Assembly: GCA_963790475.1 (NCBI GenBank)
Contig: CAWBOS010000010.1
Location: 1,954,945 to 2,018,944 of the forward strand
Direction: 5' to 3'
From: an uncultured delta proteobacterium
Lineage (GTDB): Bacteria; Desulfobacterota; RBG-13-43-22
DNA: 64,000 nt
The notes below the pieces were generated by a model. That model ran no database searches and was not told where the DNA came from. It saw nothing but the letters and a program-made list of their open reading frames with translations. The number at the start of each line of letters is the position of its first letter. The first letter of the stretch is position 1. Both the position numbers and the translations under genes were made by a program. Shown one piece after another: positions 8,971-19,765 of this stretch.

Positions 8971-9687
8971 TTGGTCTGTCTCGGGCAATTTGGTGGGGCT
9001 TGGGAAGCCCTTCAAGGAGAGGTTACGGAAGAGGCCTTTGGCTTCGCTATGCAGCGGTACGGAATGACCTATTATTTGACGGACCTGCTTGCTTTTGGAC
9101 CGGCGGCCGAGCGGGCCCGAAGAACCTCCGAGCTGGCTAAAAAGCTCAACCGGGCCTGGATGAGAAGGGGGGTACAGGATTTGCGAGTCGTTTCGCTGGC
9201 CCGTCTTGGAACCCTGGATGAATCAACGCTGACGGAAATTCAGCAGGATCTGGAATCTTTCGGTGCTGCCCTCGGTCGGCAGGCCATGGCTGAGGTCATG
9301 TTGATGAGAGGATCACTGGAAGAGGCCTTAAGTCTGTCGGAAGAGGAAAAGGTTGAATCAGGAATGGTCCTCAACCTGATACCGGGCCTTGAATTGTATA
9401 TCCGCATCCTCCTTGGTCTGGACAGACTGCCTGAGGCATTAGCCGTTGCCGAAGAGGCCTTAAAACAAGCAAAACAAGTCCATTATCGATCGCTCCTCTG
9501 GCGTATCCTGACCGGTCGAGCGGAGGCTCGAAGAAGGCTGGGGGATGAACATGGCGGTATTGAAGATTATCGCGCAGCAGCGGAGATTCTGACCGAGCTT
9601 AAGGAGACTATCCCCGACGAGAAACAGCGGCGGGATTTTGAAACAAACCCTCTCGTGGCCCTGATTTTGGCGAGAAGGCAAACATGA
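8971..9687 (+). pseudogene. C-terminal TPR fragment of a larger protein (5' truncated)
   Basis: TPR-like helices with no clear RBS or ATG start. It begins just after the att site. Confidence 0.55.
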
Positions 9688-9725
9688 CAACTTAAATCCG
9701 TGTCGAGAAAGCCCAAACCTATTGC

Positions 9726-9820
9726 CGTCATGCCGGACCCCGGATCAGGTCCGGGGCAGGCCCAATCCGGCATCCAGTTCTTTTAAGTGGTTCTGGATAC
9801 CGGCTTTCGCCGGTATGACG
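9726..9820. repeat. REP/RPE-like palindromic element
   Basis: CGTCATGCCGG...ATCCAG/CTGGAT...CCGGTATGACG terminal inverted repeat with inner hairpins (CCCCGGA-TCAGG-TCCGGGG, CCGGC-TTTC-GCCGG). Confidence 0.75.
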
Positions 9821-9863
9821 TAATGGGTGCATTTTCCAAAGGTCTTATAGAGAGGAGAAGAAT

Positions 9864-10729
9864 ATGAATAATTCACCAAAACTTCATTATGGAACACCGG
9901 AGGAGGCTGGGATGTTAGCCGCGCGTATCGAAAGAGTCAAACAGCTCGCCGAAGGTTGGGTGGCGGAAGGTCAGACCCCTTCTCTGGTCATACTGGCGGC
10001 CAGAAAAGGAATTATTTTCTTGCATGAAGCTTATGGCCGGCTAACACCCGAAGGTCATTCACCGCCGCTTCTGATCGACTCTGTTTTCCCCATGGGTCCC
10101 CTGACCAAACCGGTTACAGCCACAGCGGCCATGATTCTGGTGGAGGACGGCCTGTTGGGGCTGAACCGTCCCGTGGTCGATTATATTCCTGAGATCTGTG
10201 GCAAGGGAGCAAAATCCGTTCAGGTCCACCACCTGCTTTCCCATACCTCCGGTTATCAAGAAAAGAGCTTGCTTAGTTTGGCGATAGAAAATGAAGGGGA
10301 AAAGTATGAGTTGGGTTCGGCGGTATGTTCTCCACAGCTATGGATATGGCTATTTTCGGCCAGATGTTCCTAAACGGTGGCCGGTATGGTGATCAACGCA
10401 TCTTAAGCAGGCTCGCTGTCTTGGAGATGACCCGAAACCAGATCCCGGGGATTGGAACTAATTGGTGGGGAATCTTTGTACCTGAGGCCTCCTGGGGTTA
10501 TGGCTGGTCAGTGGCTGGCGATATTAAATGGAGGTATTTTTTGGGAAGTCTACGTTCGCCAAAAACGTTCGTGCACACCGGCGCCGGTGGAACCCGTCTA
10601 TTTGCAGATCCCGTGAATGAGATCCTGCTGGTTTACTTTTCTGTGGTGCTTGAAGTCACACCGTTAGAAGAAAAGAAAAACAACGCCGATCTCTTTGAAA
10701 ATGCGATCTACGCCTCTATTAAGGAATAA
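9864..10729 (+). pseudogene. Serine hydrolase (beta-lactamase class C-like), split by deletion/frameshift
   Basis: N-terminal part has PLTKPVTA (SxxK Ser missing) and HLLSHTSG. C-terminal part in another frame has GGMFSTAMD and FVHTGAGG. The junction is near 10310 and the central part is missing. Confidence 0.75.
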
Positions 10730-11016
10730 CTTATGCCGCATGCCGCTACCTTCTTTTCATGAGAGGATGGACAAAAATGTCGGCATGTAAAGGAAAAGCC
10801 TTCACGGGGAAGAAAATATCAAGAAACTGCTCCAGGCCGATATAATAATTTGAAATCTTGCTGCCATTATGCTACCGTAATAAACTAGAGGAAAACATAT
10901 TGGCAGCAAACACCAGGGCACAACCTTTAGAATTACTGCTTGTTGTTGTCCCCCGGTGTTTGCTGGTAGGGTGGGCAGGGCTCACCGGTTATTATTAATC
11001 AAAGGGATATCGACTC

Positions 11017-11934
11017 GTGCAGGCACATTTAAAAGAACTGGCCAGTAAAATCAATCAACTGAAAATCCAAAGAAAGGCGGTCATCGTCGCTCATAACTAT
11101 CAGATCGATGAAGTCCAGGAAATCGCCGATGAGATCGGCGATTCGTTCGCCCTAAGCCGCTATTGCGCCGACACCAACGCCGAATTGATCGTATTTTGCG
11201 GTGTTCATTTCATGGCCGAAAGCGCCAAGATCCTTTCCAAAGATAAAACGGTGCTTATCCCGGCCCTGGATGCCGGATGCCCCATGGCCGACATGGTCAC
11301 CGTTGAAGAACTCAAAACCCTGAAAGAGCAGCACCCTGATGCGGCCGTCGTCTGTTACGTAAATTCAACCGCGGCCGTAAAGGCCGAAAGCGACATCTGT
11401 TGCACCTCGGCCAATGCCGTCAAAGTAGTAAACTCCCTGGCTCAGAAAAAAATTATCTTCATTCCGGATAAAAACCTGGCCCATTATGTTTCCTTGCAGG
11501 TCCCAAACAAGGAGATCATTTTTTGGGATGGTTATTGCATAACGCATCACAGGATCACCCTTGAAGACGTTCAAAAGGCCAGACAACAGCACCCGGACGC
11601 GGTTTTACTGGTGCACCCCGAATGCCGGCCGGAAGTGGCCGCAGCCGCTGATGTGATCGGAAGCACCAAACAGATCATCGACTACGCTTTACAATCGAAG
11701 GCCGATAAATTTATCATCGGAACAGAAATGGGAGTGATTTTCAGGTTGAAAAGGGAGAACCCGGCCAAGACCTTTTACCTCCTGTCCCAGGGTCTTATCT
11801 GCCCGAACATGAAAAAGACGAACCTCGAAAAGGTTTTCGAATCTCTGGATAAAATGCAGTATAAAATAGAATTGGATGAAGGGATAAGGCAAAAAGCCTA
11901 CCGAGCTTTGAATCGCATGCTCGAGGTGGGTTGA
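11017..11934 (+). CDS. nadA: Quinolinate synthase
   Basis: [29 protein letters not shown] and CPNMKK motifs. Confidence 0.97.
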   Translation: MQAHLKELASKINQLKIQRKAVIVAHNYQIDEVQEIADEIGDSFALSRYCADTNAELIVFCGVHFMAESAKILSKDKTVLIPALDAGCPMADMVTVEELKTLKEQHPDAAVVCYVNSTAAVKAESDICCTSANAVKVVNSLAQKKIIFIPDKNLAHYVSLQVPNKEIIFWDGYCITHHRITLEDVQKARQQHPDAVLLVHPECRPEVAAAADVIGSTKQIIDYALQSKADKFIIGTEMGVIFRLKRENPAKTFYLLSQGLICPNMKKTNLEKVFESLDKMQYKIELDEGIRQKAYRALNRMLEVG

Positions 11935-12080
11935 GGAACTATCCTGATTCCCTCCTTGCCCAAAGGATATCGCCCTATCCCTGGATAACGGAGCTTCCCC
12001 GGAATTGTACCTTAAGATAGGCCGTGGGCTCACTCAGTCCAGGCTCTCGATATCACTCTGGACTACCGGTAGAGGAAACG

Positions 12081-13730
12081 ATGGAAATAAAATCCATCCG
12101 CAACCTGAGTCGTTTTAAGCATATCATCTGGGTCTTGTTAAAATACGGATTCGATGACATCATTCATCGCCTGGACCTTCCCGGTTCTTTTATTCTGAGA
12201 AGGATCAACCGCATCAAGACCCCCATGACCGTCAATGAACGGATCCGCATGGTCTTCCAGGAACTGGGGCCGACCTTTATCAAATTCGGACAGATCCTGA
12301 GTATGCGTCCCGATCTGGTTCCCGGGCTTTTGGTCCTGGAACTCAAAAAATTGCAGGATCAGGTCCCGCCCGCCCCGCAACAGGCCGTCCAAGCCCTGAT
12401 CGAAAAAGCCCTGGATCAGCCTTTAGATTCTATCTTCTCGAAATTTGACTGGACCCCTATCGGATCTGCTTCGTTGGCCCAGGTTCATCGCGCCCGGTTG
12501 GCCAAAGAAGATAAGATTGTGGCCGTCAAGGTCCAGCGTCCCGATATCCGTCCCTTGATCCGGGCCGATCTGGATATCCTGGCCACCATTGCCGCCCGGT
12601 TGAATGAACTGCGGACCTATCAAATATACGACCTTCCTGGTCTGGTGGAAGAACTGCGATTCAGTCTGACCCGGGAATTGGACTTTACCCGGGAAGCCCG
12701 GAATATGATGATCTTTCGAAAAACCCTTTCTTTTCCGGATCTGATGTACATTCCCGAGGTCTTTGAAGCCTATTGCACCCCTTTTGTCCTGACCATGGAG
12801 CTGGTGGAAGGGACTCGTTTGGATCGGCTGGATGATTCCATTTATAACCGGGAACAGCTAGCTCGAAACGGGGCCAGAATTATGCTGGATCAGATGCTCC
12901 GCCAGGGATTTTTTCATGCCGATCCCCATCAAGGCAACTTGCTGGTCATGGAGGACGGACGCTTATGCTTTTTGGACTGGGGCATGACCGGCAGAATTAA
13001 CCGTGATTTACGTCATCGCCTGATCGATTTGATTCAGGCCTTGATCCAAAAAGACAGCGAGTCTATTCTTCGCCTCATTCCCCATCTCACGGCGGATGTC
13101 CCCTCCGACCTTAACTACCATCGATTGGAAAGAGATCTTCTGGACCTGATCGATTCCTATTATGATTTTTCATTAAAAGAAATCCAAATCGGGGAATTGG
13201 TCTTGTCTTTGATGAACCTGCTTAAGGAACACCGCCTGCGCATCCGTTCGGATTTTGCCCTGATGAGCAGGGCCTTGCTGACCCTGGAGGGCTTAGGCAA
13301 AGAGTTGGCCCCGAATTTCAACCTGATTGAAGAAGCCCGCCAGTTGACTGCCGAACTGGTCAAGGAACGTTGGTCCCTAAAAAGCCTTTCGGAGGATCTA
13401 CGCACCCAGGGGCTGAATTTGTTGGACCTGGTTCAGGATTTTCCAGCCAAACTTCAAGCCCTCTTTCGTAAAATGGACCGGGGGGACTTGACCTTTACTT
13501 TCAAACATACCGGGCTCTCATCTTTAAATACCACTCTGGAAAGGATCAGCAACCGGGTCACCTTCGGAATCATCATTGCCGCCCTGATCGTCGGTTCTTC
13601 CATGATAATCACCACCGGCGTAAAACCTCTGCTATTCGGCTTTCCGGCCCTTGGGGTGGTAGGATATCTGGTTTCGGGGATATTGGGTCTTTGGTTAATT
13701 GTCAATATTTTACGCAAGCGGAAGTATTAA
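12081..13730 (+). CDS. UbiB/ABC1 family kinase
   Basis: LGPTFIKFGQILS, SASLAQVH, VAVKVQRP, FFHADPHQGN and LDWG motifs, with C-terminal transmembrane segments. Confidence 0.93.
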   Translation: MEIKSIRNLSRFKHIIWVLLKYGFDDIIHRLDLPGSFILRRINRIKTPMTVNERIRMVFQELGPTFIKFGQILSMRPDLVPGLLVLELKKLQDQVPPAPQQAVQALIEKALDQPLDSIFSKFDWTPIGSASLAQVHRARLAKEDKIVAVKVQRPDIRPLIRADLDILATIAARLNELRTYQIYDLPGLVEELRFSLTRELDFTREARNMMIFRKTLSFPDLMYIPEVFEAYCTPFVLTMELVEGTRLDRLDDSIYNREQLARNGARIMLDQMLRQGFFHADPHQGNLLVMEDGRLCFLDWGMTGRINRDLRHRLIDLIQALIQKDSESILRLIPHLTADVPSDLNYHRLERDLLDLIDSYYDFSLKEIQIGELVLSLMNLLKEHRLRIRSDFALMSRALLTLEGLGKELAPNFNLIEEARQLTAELVKERWSLKSLSEDLRTQGLNLLDLVQDFPAKLQALFRKMDRGDLTFTFKHTGLSSLNTTLERISNRVTFGIIIAALIVGSSMIITTGVKPLLFGFPALGVVGYLVSGILGLWLIVNILRKRKY

Positions 13731-13800
13731 GGACTTCTCTTTGCTGGTTTAGGTTTCATTAACTTTTGGGTACTACGAGGCTTGAAAATTATAGGTAATC

Positions 13801-14703
13801 ATGGATTTCAGACGACTGGAAGTTTTCACCAAAGTCTTTGAGCAAAAAAGTTTTTCCAAGGCCGGACAGGCCCTTTATCTCTCCCAACCCACGGTCAGTG
13901 AACACATCCGGCTTTTGGAAGAAGACCTGGGACTGACCCTCTTTGATCGCCAGGGGAAGGAAATAGTCCCGACCAAGGCCGGCCAGTTCCTTTTTCAATA
14001 TGCCAATCAGTTGATGTCCTTGCGCCAGGATTCTTTGCGGGCCATGGAGCAATTTCGGGACAAAGGGACCGGTGACCTGTTGATCGGCGGCAGCAACATA
14101 CCCGGACAATACATATTGCCCGGCCTTTTAGGACTCTTTAAAAAAAACTTTCCGGGAATACAAATCCGGTTGTGGATTGGAGATACCCAGCACATTCAAG
14201 AAAAAGTACTGGACGGGACCATTGAGTTGGGCCTGGTCGGGGCCTTGATCGAACATCGACGGATTTCCTCCCAGCCGTTAACCACAGACGAACTGGTTTG
14301 CATTGCTCTTCCCGGTCAATCCCGGGAAAGACCCAAAGCCATAATCCCCGATAAACTTTTAAGCCTCCCTTTCATTCTGCGGGAGAAAGGATCAGGAACC
14401 CGAAAGTCTCTAGAGCAGGCCTTTAAAAAAATCCATCTGGACCTCAAGGATCTCCAGGTCGTGGCTGAAATGGGGAGTAATGAAGCCATCCGCCAAGCCG
14501 TCAAAGCCGGCCTGGGGATTTCGGTTATCTCGCGCCGGGCGGTCTGGGAAGATCTGGAACAGGGCCGGCTTCAGGAAATTAAAGTCAGAAATTTCCCTTT
14601 GCTCAGAAATTTTTATCTCATCACCCTGAAACAGAGAACCCTTTCTCCCCTGGCCCAGGAATTTAAGGAATTTATTTTAAAAAAGGAAATGAAAAATGCT
14701 TAA
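13801..14703 (+). CDS. LysR family regulator (selenium-metabolism-associated/CysL-like)
   Basis: LysR HTH SFSKAGQALYLSQPTVS and REKGSGTR. It overlaps the selD start. Confidence 0.92.
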   Translation: MDFRRLEVFTKVFEQKSFSKAGQALYLSQPTVSEHIRLLEEDLGLTLFDRQGKEIVPTKAGQFLFQYANQLMSLRQDSLRAMEQFRDKGTGDLLIGGSNIPGQYILPGLLGLFKKNFPGIQIRLWIGDTQHIQEKVLDGTIELGLVGALIEHRRISSQPLTTDELVCIALPGQSRERPKAIIPDKLLSLPFILREKGSGTRKSLEQAFKKIHLDLKDLQVVAEMGSNEAIRQAVKAGLGISVISRRAVWEDLEQGRLQEIKVRNFPLLRNFYLITLKQRTLSPLAQEFKEFILKKEMKNA

Positions 14704-15748
14704 AGATCATCCCGTAAATCTGGTCAATGGCGCCCGGGCCGCCGGCTGAGCCTCCAAATTGGGTCCGGGAGACCTGCAGGAAATTCTGGCCGACTTGCCC
14801 CTGGAAACCGATCCCAATTTATTGGTGGGACGGGAAAACTCGGATGATGCCGGAGTCTATAGACTACGGGACGATCTGGCCTTGATTCAGACCTTGGATT
14901 TTTTCACCCCCATCGTCAATGATCCATACCTCTTCGGACAGATCGCCGCTGTTAATGCCTTGAGCGACGTCTATGCCATGGGTGGAAAACCTTTAACGGC
15001 CATGAATATTGTTTGTTTTCCCAAAAATACCCTCGACAAATCGGTCCTGAAGGAAATCCTAAAGGGCGGCCTGGAAAAAATTCATGAGGCCGGGGCCTTG
15101 CTGGTCGGCGGCCACAGTGTTGACGATGTGGAATTGAAATACGGCCTTTCGGTGACCGGGATTATCCACCCGGATAAAGTCATGACCAACGCCGGGGCCC
15201 GTCCCGGGGATCAACTGATCCTGACCAAACCCATCGGCACCGGTATCATTGCCACGGCCCTGAAGGGAAAAGCGGCCTCACCGGAAGCCGAAGAAGCGAT
15301 GATCCGGGTCATGGTGGAATCGAATCGTATCGGGGCCGAAGTGATGCAGGAAGTCGGGGCCCACAGTTGTACGGATATCACCGGTTTCGGTTTGCTGGGT
15401 CATGCCCTGGAAATGGCCAACGCTTCCCATTGCTCGATGACTCTTAGGGCCTCCCAGGTCCCCATCATCCCTTACGCCCGGGAATATTCTCAAATGGGTA
15501 TGGTCCCCGGCGGCACCCATGCCAATCGAAATTTTTGCCATCACTCTCTGCAGGTCGATCCGGCCCTACCCGGTTATCTGCTCGACATCCTGTCCGATGC
15601 GCAGACTTCCGGGGGTTTGCTGATAGCCGTCTCCTCGAATCGGGCCGCCGATCTGTTGGCAAAATTGAAACAAAAGGGGGTAAGGGAAGCCTCCCTGATC
15701 GGGGAAATCACCGACCGTTCTCCGGGAACGATTTCTGTTTTGCCATAG
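14696..15748 (+). CDS. selD: Selenide, water dikinase (selenocysteine-containing; UGA at 14747-14749)
   Basis: The upstream ATG reads MLKDHPVNLVNGARAAG-U-ASKLGP, putting an in-frame TGA at the catalytic Cys/Sec-x-x-K position. Also DDAGVY, DFFTP, NALSDVYAMGG, TDITGFGLLGH and DAQTSGGLL. Confidence 0.95.
14750..14791 (+). promoter_or_regulatory. Putative bacterial SECIS hairpin
   Basis: GGTC-CGGGA-GACC stem-loop 12 nt after the in-frame UGA. Confidence 0.55.
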
Positions 15749-15757
15749 CAAGGCGCT

Positions 15758-17020
15758 TTGATGCATCCTTTTCGATCTACTGTATTGAGAGCCGCCCTCT
15801 TTCTATTCCTGCTTCTTTCTTCTTCCGCCATACTCTATACTACCTTCCAAAATACCAGGTCGGCCCGGAATCTGGCTGATCAGGCCATGGAAGGCACGGC
15901 CATGGCGCTGGCCTCCACGGTAGAAGCGGAACTTCGCTCCGGAGATAATCTGACAACCCGGCATGTAAACCGCATTTTTTCAGACCGGGTGGTTGCCTAC
16001 GCCTTAGTTTCCGATACAAAGGGACTGATCCTATTTCATACCAATGCCGGTCTGATCGGGACTCCACTTAGGGAGACAGGACTGTATCAATGGCTGCAAA
16101 CCGGGAAAGCCTACGGACAACGGATCACCCTGCGGACCGGCCTGCCGGCCTTTGAATTTAACTACCCCCTCCATCTCCAGGAAGGACGGACGGAACTGCT
16201 CCGATTGGTCATCCACACCTATCCGGCCGATCAAATCATTTCGCGTTCTCAGGGGATGTGGTGGACCGTCGGACTGGTCCTTCTGATCCTTTGGGCCATG
16301 GGAATCCTCTTTGACCGGGCGTTTGTTCATCAACTTCGTCTTCAGAAAAAACTGCAGAGAAGTGAACAATTGTCATTAATTGGGCAGATGACGGCCGTGT
16401 TGACCCATGAAATTCGCAATGCCCTGGGCAGCGTAAAAGGATACACCCAATGGATAGACGAAAAAATGGAAAATTCAGATCCCAAAAAAACAGGACTGAC
16501 CTTTGTTTTAAAGGGGATTGAACGGATTGAATCCCTGGTCCGGGATCTGCTTATCTTTTCCCGTGAGGAAAACTACCACCTTGAGTTCTGTGCGGTTGAC
16601 CGGATAATCCGAGAGGTCATCGATTCAGAAATTTTCTCAACAGCCATAGCAATCGAGACCCAAATCGAAGCGGGGGTACAGGTTTTTGCCGACAAAGAAA
16701 AGGTGCATCGGATTTTACTCAACGGCATCCAGAATGCCCTGCAAGTGATCGAAGACGGCCAGAGTCTCCAGATCAAGGCCGCGTCTAAAGGCAAATGGGT
16801 GGATATCCGGATTGAAGATTCCGGACCGGGAATCCCGGAAGAAGACCAAGCCCGTCTTTTTACCCCTTTTTATACCACCAAAACAACCGGAACCGGATTG
16901 GGTTTGGCTTATTCTAAAAAGGTGGTTGAAGGGATGGGAGGAGAAATCAGCCTGTTCAATAATCCGGAGCATACCGGAGCTGTTTTGAATATCAAATTAC
17001 CTAAGACAGCGAGGTCTTGA
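15758..17020 (+). CDS. Membrane sensor histidine kinase
   Basis: Two transmembrane segments, H-box THEIRN, N box, DSGPGI, FTPFYTTK and GTGLGL. Confidence 0.93.
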   Translation: MMHPFRSTVLRAALFLFLLLSSSAILYTTFQNTRSARNLADQAMEGTAMALASTVEAELRSGDNLTTRHVNRIFSDRVVAYALVSDTKGLILFHTNAGLIGTPLRETGLYQWLQTGKAYGQRITLRTGLPAFEFNYPLHLQEGRTELLRLVIHTYPADQIISRSQGMWWTVGLVLLILWAMGILFDRAFVHQLRLQKKLQRSEQLSLIGQMTAVLTHEIRNALGSVKGYTQWIDEKMENSDPKKTGLTFVLKGIERIESLVRDLLIFSREENYHLEFCAVDRIIREVIDSEIFSTAIAIETQIEAGVQVFADKEKVHRILLNGIQNALQVIEDGQSLQIKAASKGKWVDIRIEDSGPGIPEEDQARLFTPFYTTKTTGTGLGLAYSKKVVEGMGGEISLFNNPEHTGAVLNIKLPKTARS

Positions 17021-17021
17021 A

Positions 17022-18350
17022 ATGAGCCGTTCAATCTTGGTTGTAGAAGACGATGAATTAATGCGTTCTTTCCTCACCCAAATTCTGACCGAAGATGGCT
17101 ATCAGGTTCAATCGGCTGAAGACGGGAAGGAGGGTTTGAAAAAAATACAAGACGCCGACTTCGATCTGGTCATTACCGATCTTAAAATGCCTAAGCTTTC
17201 CGGGCTGGACCTGATGCGGAGAGTTCAAAAAGAAAAACCGGATATCCGGTGGATCATTATAACCGCCTTCGGTTCCATCAGTAATGCCGTAGAGGCCATC
17301 AAAGCCGGGGCCTCCGATTATTTAACCAAGCCTTTTCGAGATCCGGAAGAATTGCGTCATGTCATCCGGCGTGTCTTGAAAGAGGCCGAGGCCGAAAAAA
17401 CCATCTCCCTTCTGTCTGAGGAATTAGGGAAACAATTCCCTCCCCTGGACATGATCTTTTCAGGCAAAAAAATGAAAAAGGTCCGGCAGTTGGTGCAGGA
17501 TGGCGCCCCCACTTCAGCCAGCGTCCTGATTACCGGGCCAAGCGGGACGGGGAAAGAATTAGTGGCCCGGGTCATACATCAACTGAGCCTTCGGAAAGAA
17601 AAGCCGTTCATCCCTGTCCATTGCGCCGCCTTAACTGAAACCCTTTTGGAAAGCGAGCTTTTTGGACATGAACGCGGGGCCTTTACCGGGGCCTCCAGTA
17701 CCCGAAAGGGTCGATTTGAACTGGCCGACGGCGGAACTGTTTTTCTGGACGAGGTAGGAGAGATACCCCTCGCGGTGCAGGTAAAACTTCTCCGGGTCCT
17801 CCAGGAACGGGAGTTTGAACGGGTAGGCGGAACAAAGGCCATTTCCGTTGATATCCGGCTTATATCCGCCAGTAACAAGGACCTCAAGGAGGAAATTTCG
17901 AGTGGTCGATTTCGAGAGGATCTATTCTACAGGCTCCATGTTTTTCCCATCAGCCTGCCCCCCCTGAATGAGCGCCGGGAGGCGATTATCCCGCTGGCCG
18001 AATATTTTGTTGGAAAATTCAGCTCCTCTTTGGGGAAAAAAATTGCCGGCTTCAGTCCGGAAGCAGAAGAATTGCTGCTAAGTTATCCCTGGCCGGGAAA
18101 TATACGGGAATTGCAGAATGTGATCGAGCGGGCGGTCATTCTTGCCAGCGGTCCGATTGATGCGGTTCATCTGAATATAGATCCTCAAGAGGAATCTTCT
18201 TCAATTGGGAAAGGGTTACTCCAAACCAATGAACGGGAATTAATACAAAAGGTCTTGGGTGAGGCCGGAGGGAATAGAAAACAGACAGCGCGGATTTTGG
18301 GCATTTCTCTTCGCACCCTTCAGTATCGGATTAAGGAATATGGACTTTAA
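17022..18350 (+). CDS. sigma54-dependent response regulator (NtrC/ZraR family)
   Basis: REC domain, GPSGTGKE, ESELFGHERGAFTGA, WPGNIRELQN and a Fis-type HTH. Confidence 0.95.
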   Translation: MSRSILVVEDDELMRSFLTQILTEDGYQVQSAEDGKEGLKKIQDADFDLVITDLKMPKLSGLDLMRRVQKEKPDIRWIIITAFGSISNAVEAIKAGASDYLTKPFRDPEELRHVIRRVLKEAEAEKTISLLSEELGKQFPPLDMIFSGKKMKKVRQLVQDGAPTSASVLITGPSGTGKELVARVIHQLSLRKEKPFIPVHCAALTETLLESELFGHERGAFTGASSTRKGRFELADGGTVFLDEVGEIPLAVQVKLLRVLQEREFERVGGTKAISVDIRLISASNKDLKEEISSGRFREDLFYRLHVFPISLPPLNERREAIIPLAEYFVGKFSSSLGKKIAGFSPEAEELLLSYPWPGNIRELQNVIERAVILASGPIDAVHLNIDPQEESSSIGKGLLQTNERELIQKVLGEAGGNRKQTARILGISLRTLQYRIKEYGL

Positions 18351-18520
18351 AGGATGAAGAAAAAAGCCCATCATCCCCGCCTTGGCAGGATTGCCTCGTC
18401 CCTCTTCAGGTCAACCTTAGAACAATTTCCTCTCATTCCTCTGAATTTCATGTATCTACCCTCGGGACTTTTTTGACCTTCCTTTTTTATTTTTTTTCTT
18501 CCTTATACTTTTGAATAATG

Positions 18521-18657
18521 ATGCACGGTTTGCATTCTGATCTGCAAATTTTGCAGCATTAAAGAGGGATTCCAAGATCGCCACGGGATCTTTAGATGAT
18601 TTTCATGTGAGATTTTAGGGAATTGCCCGGACCAGTCTCATTGGCACGGCCTTTGCT
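18521..18657 (+). promoter_or_regulatory. sigma54 promoter with tandem TGCA-N5-TGCA enhancer sites
   Basis: TGGCACGGCCTTTGCT (GG-N10-GC) at 18642-18657. TGCACGGTTTGCA and TGCAAATTTTGCA lie about 100 bp upstream. Confidence 0.8.
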
Positions 18658-18692
18658 TCTTAATTCAGTAAAAACGATTAAGGAGGAAGACC

Positions 18693-18995
18693 ATGATGAA
18701 AAAATTTTTTGTACCCCTAATTGCAGGAGCATTACTGATTACCACTGCTTTTCCCTTTGCTGTGGAAGCCCGGAGAGGAGGCGGTGGCGGATCGATGGGC
18801 GGACCCTGTCTGCAAACCGGTGTCCAGAATCGGGACCGATTGCGGCTTCGGGACGGATCTTGTCTCAACGGGAAAACAACCCGGGCCGGTTTTGGACTTA
18901 GAAGAGGAAATGCCTACGGTCCTGGGGACTGTCCAGGCAATGCAGGCTTCGGGCCAAAAGACGGGACCGGATACGGGGCCCGCTTTCAAAGGTAA
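18693..18995 (+). CDS. Small secreted Gly/Arg-rich protein
   Basis: AGGAGG RBS, signal peptide ending VEA, RDRLRLRDGSC and GPGD/GPKDG repeats. It is the first gene after the sigma54 promoter. Confidence 0.75.
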   Translation: MMKKFFVPLIAGALLITTAFPFAVEARRGGGGGSMGGPCLQTGVQNRDRLRLRDGSCLNGKTTRAGFGLRRGNAYGPGDCPGNAGFGPKDGTGYGARFQR

Positions 18996-19145
18996 TCTTA
19001 AAATTGCCGGAATTGGCGGGAGAGAAACAGCCCTATTCAATTTTTTTTTTGACGGGAGGGTGGAATCCTTTCGGTTTCCACCCCCCCACCTTCCACGTAG
19101 GGAGAATCTGTCGGAATAAAATATTTATCAGAGGTCATTAGGAAA

Positions 19146-19712
19146 ATGATTAAAAGACATTATTGGACTCCCATCTCCTTGCTGGTTATATTCTTCATCA
19201 GTGTCGGTGTATTAGTCCATCTGATTGCCAAACCGGATTTTCACAGGGATGGATGGGCAGGCCCGCAATTTGGAAAAAATTCCATTCAAAAAATTGCATT
19301 CCAACGTGCCTCCAACACGGCCTATAAAACCACCTGTGAAGGATGCCATTTCGCTTATCCGCCTGAGTTGCTTCCCGGATCTTCATGGAGAACAATCCTC
19401 AACCGGTTGCCCAACCATTTTGGAGAGCAGCTTTCCATTAATCCCAACGCCAGAAAAGCTATCCAAAAATACCTTATAGAAAACGGGGCGGACCGGTCTT
19501 CATCCAAAAAGTCCGTTAAAATCATGAAATGCCTCAATGGTCAAAACCCTTTGCGCATCACCGAAATTCCATATATTCAGAAAAAGCACCGGCGGATTAA
19601 ACCGGAAGTCCTTAATCGGAAATCCATAGGGTCTTTGTCGAACTGCATAGCCTGCCATACAACGGCAGAACAGGGAAATTTCAATGAAGATTATGTGACT
19701 ATTCCCAAGTAA
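19146..19712 (+). CDS. Diheme cytochrome c (DHC family)
   Basis: CEGCH and CIACH heme motifs, YPPELLP..SW, HFGE and PLRITE. Confidence 0.9.
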   Translation: MIKRHYWTPISLLVIFFISVGVLVHLIAKPDFHRDGWAGPQFGKNSIQKIAFQRASNTAYKTTCEGCHFAYPPELLPGSSWRTILNRLPNHFGEQLSINPNARKAIQKYLIENGADRSSSKKSVKIMKCLNGQNPLRITEIPYIQKKHRRIKPEVLNRKSIGSLSNCIACHTTAEQGNFNEDYVTIPK

Positions 19713-19765
19713 AATATTGTACCCGATAACCGTTGAATCATTAGGACGACAGGCTTGACCCTTTT

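Noticed and set aside
14759-15748. selD start at TTG 14759 as in the ORF track
   Set aside because: This start omits the catalytic Sec-x-x-Lys motif; the better start is 14696 with UGA readthrough.
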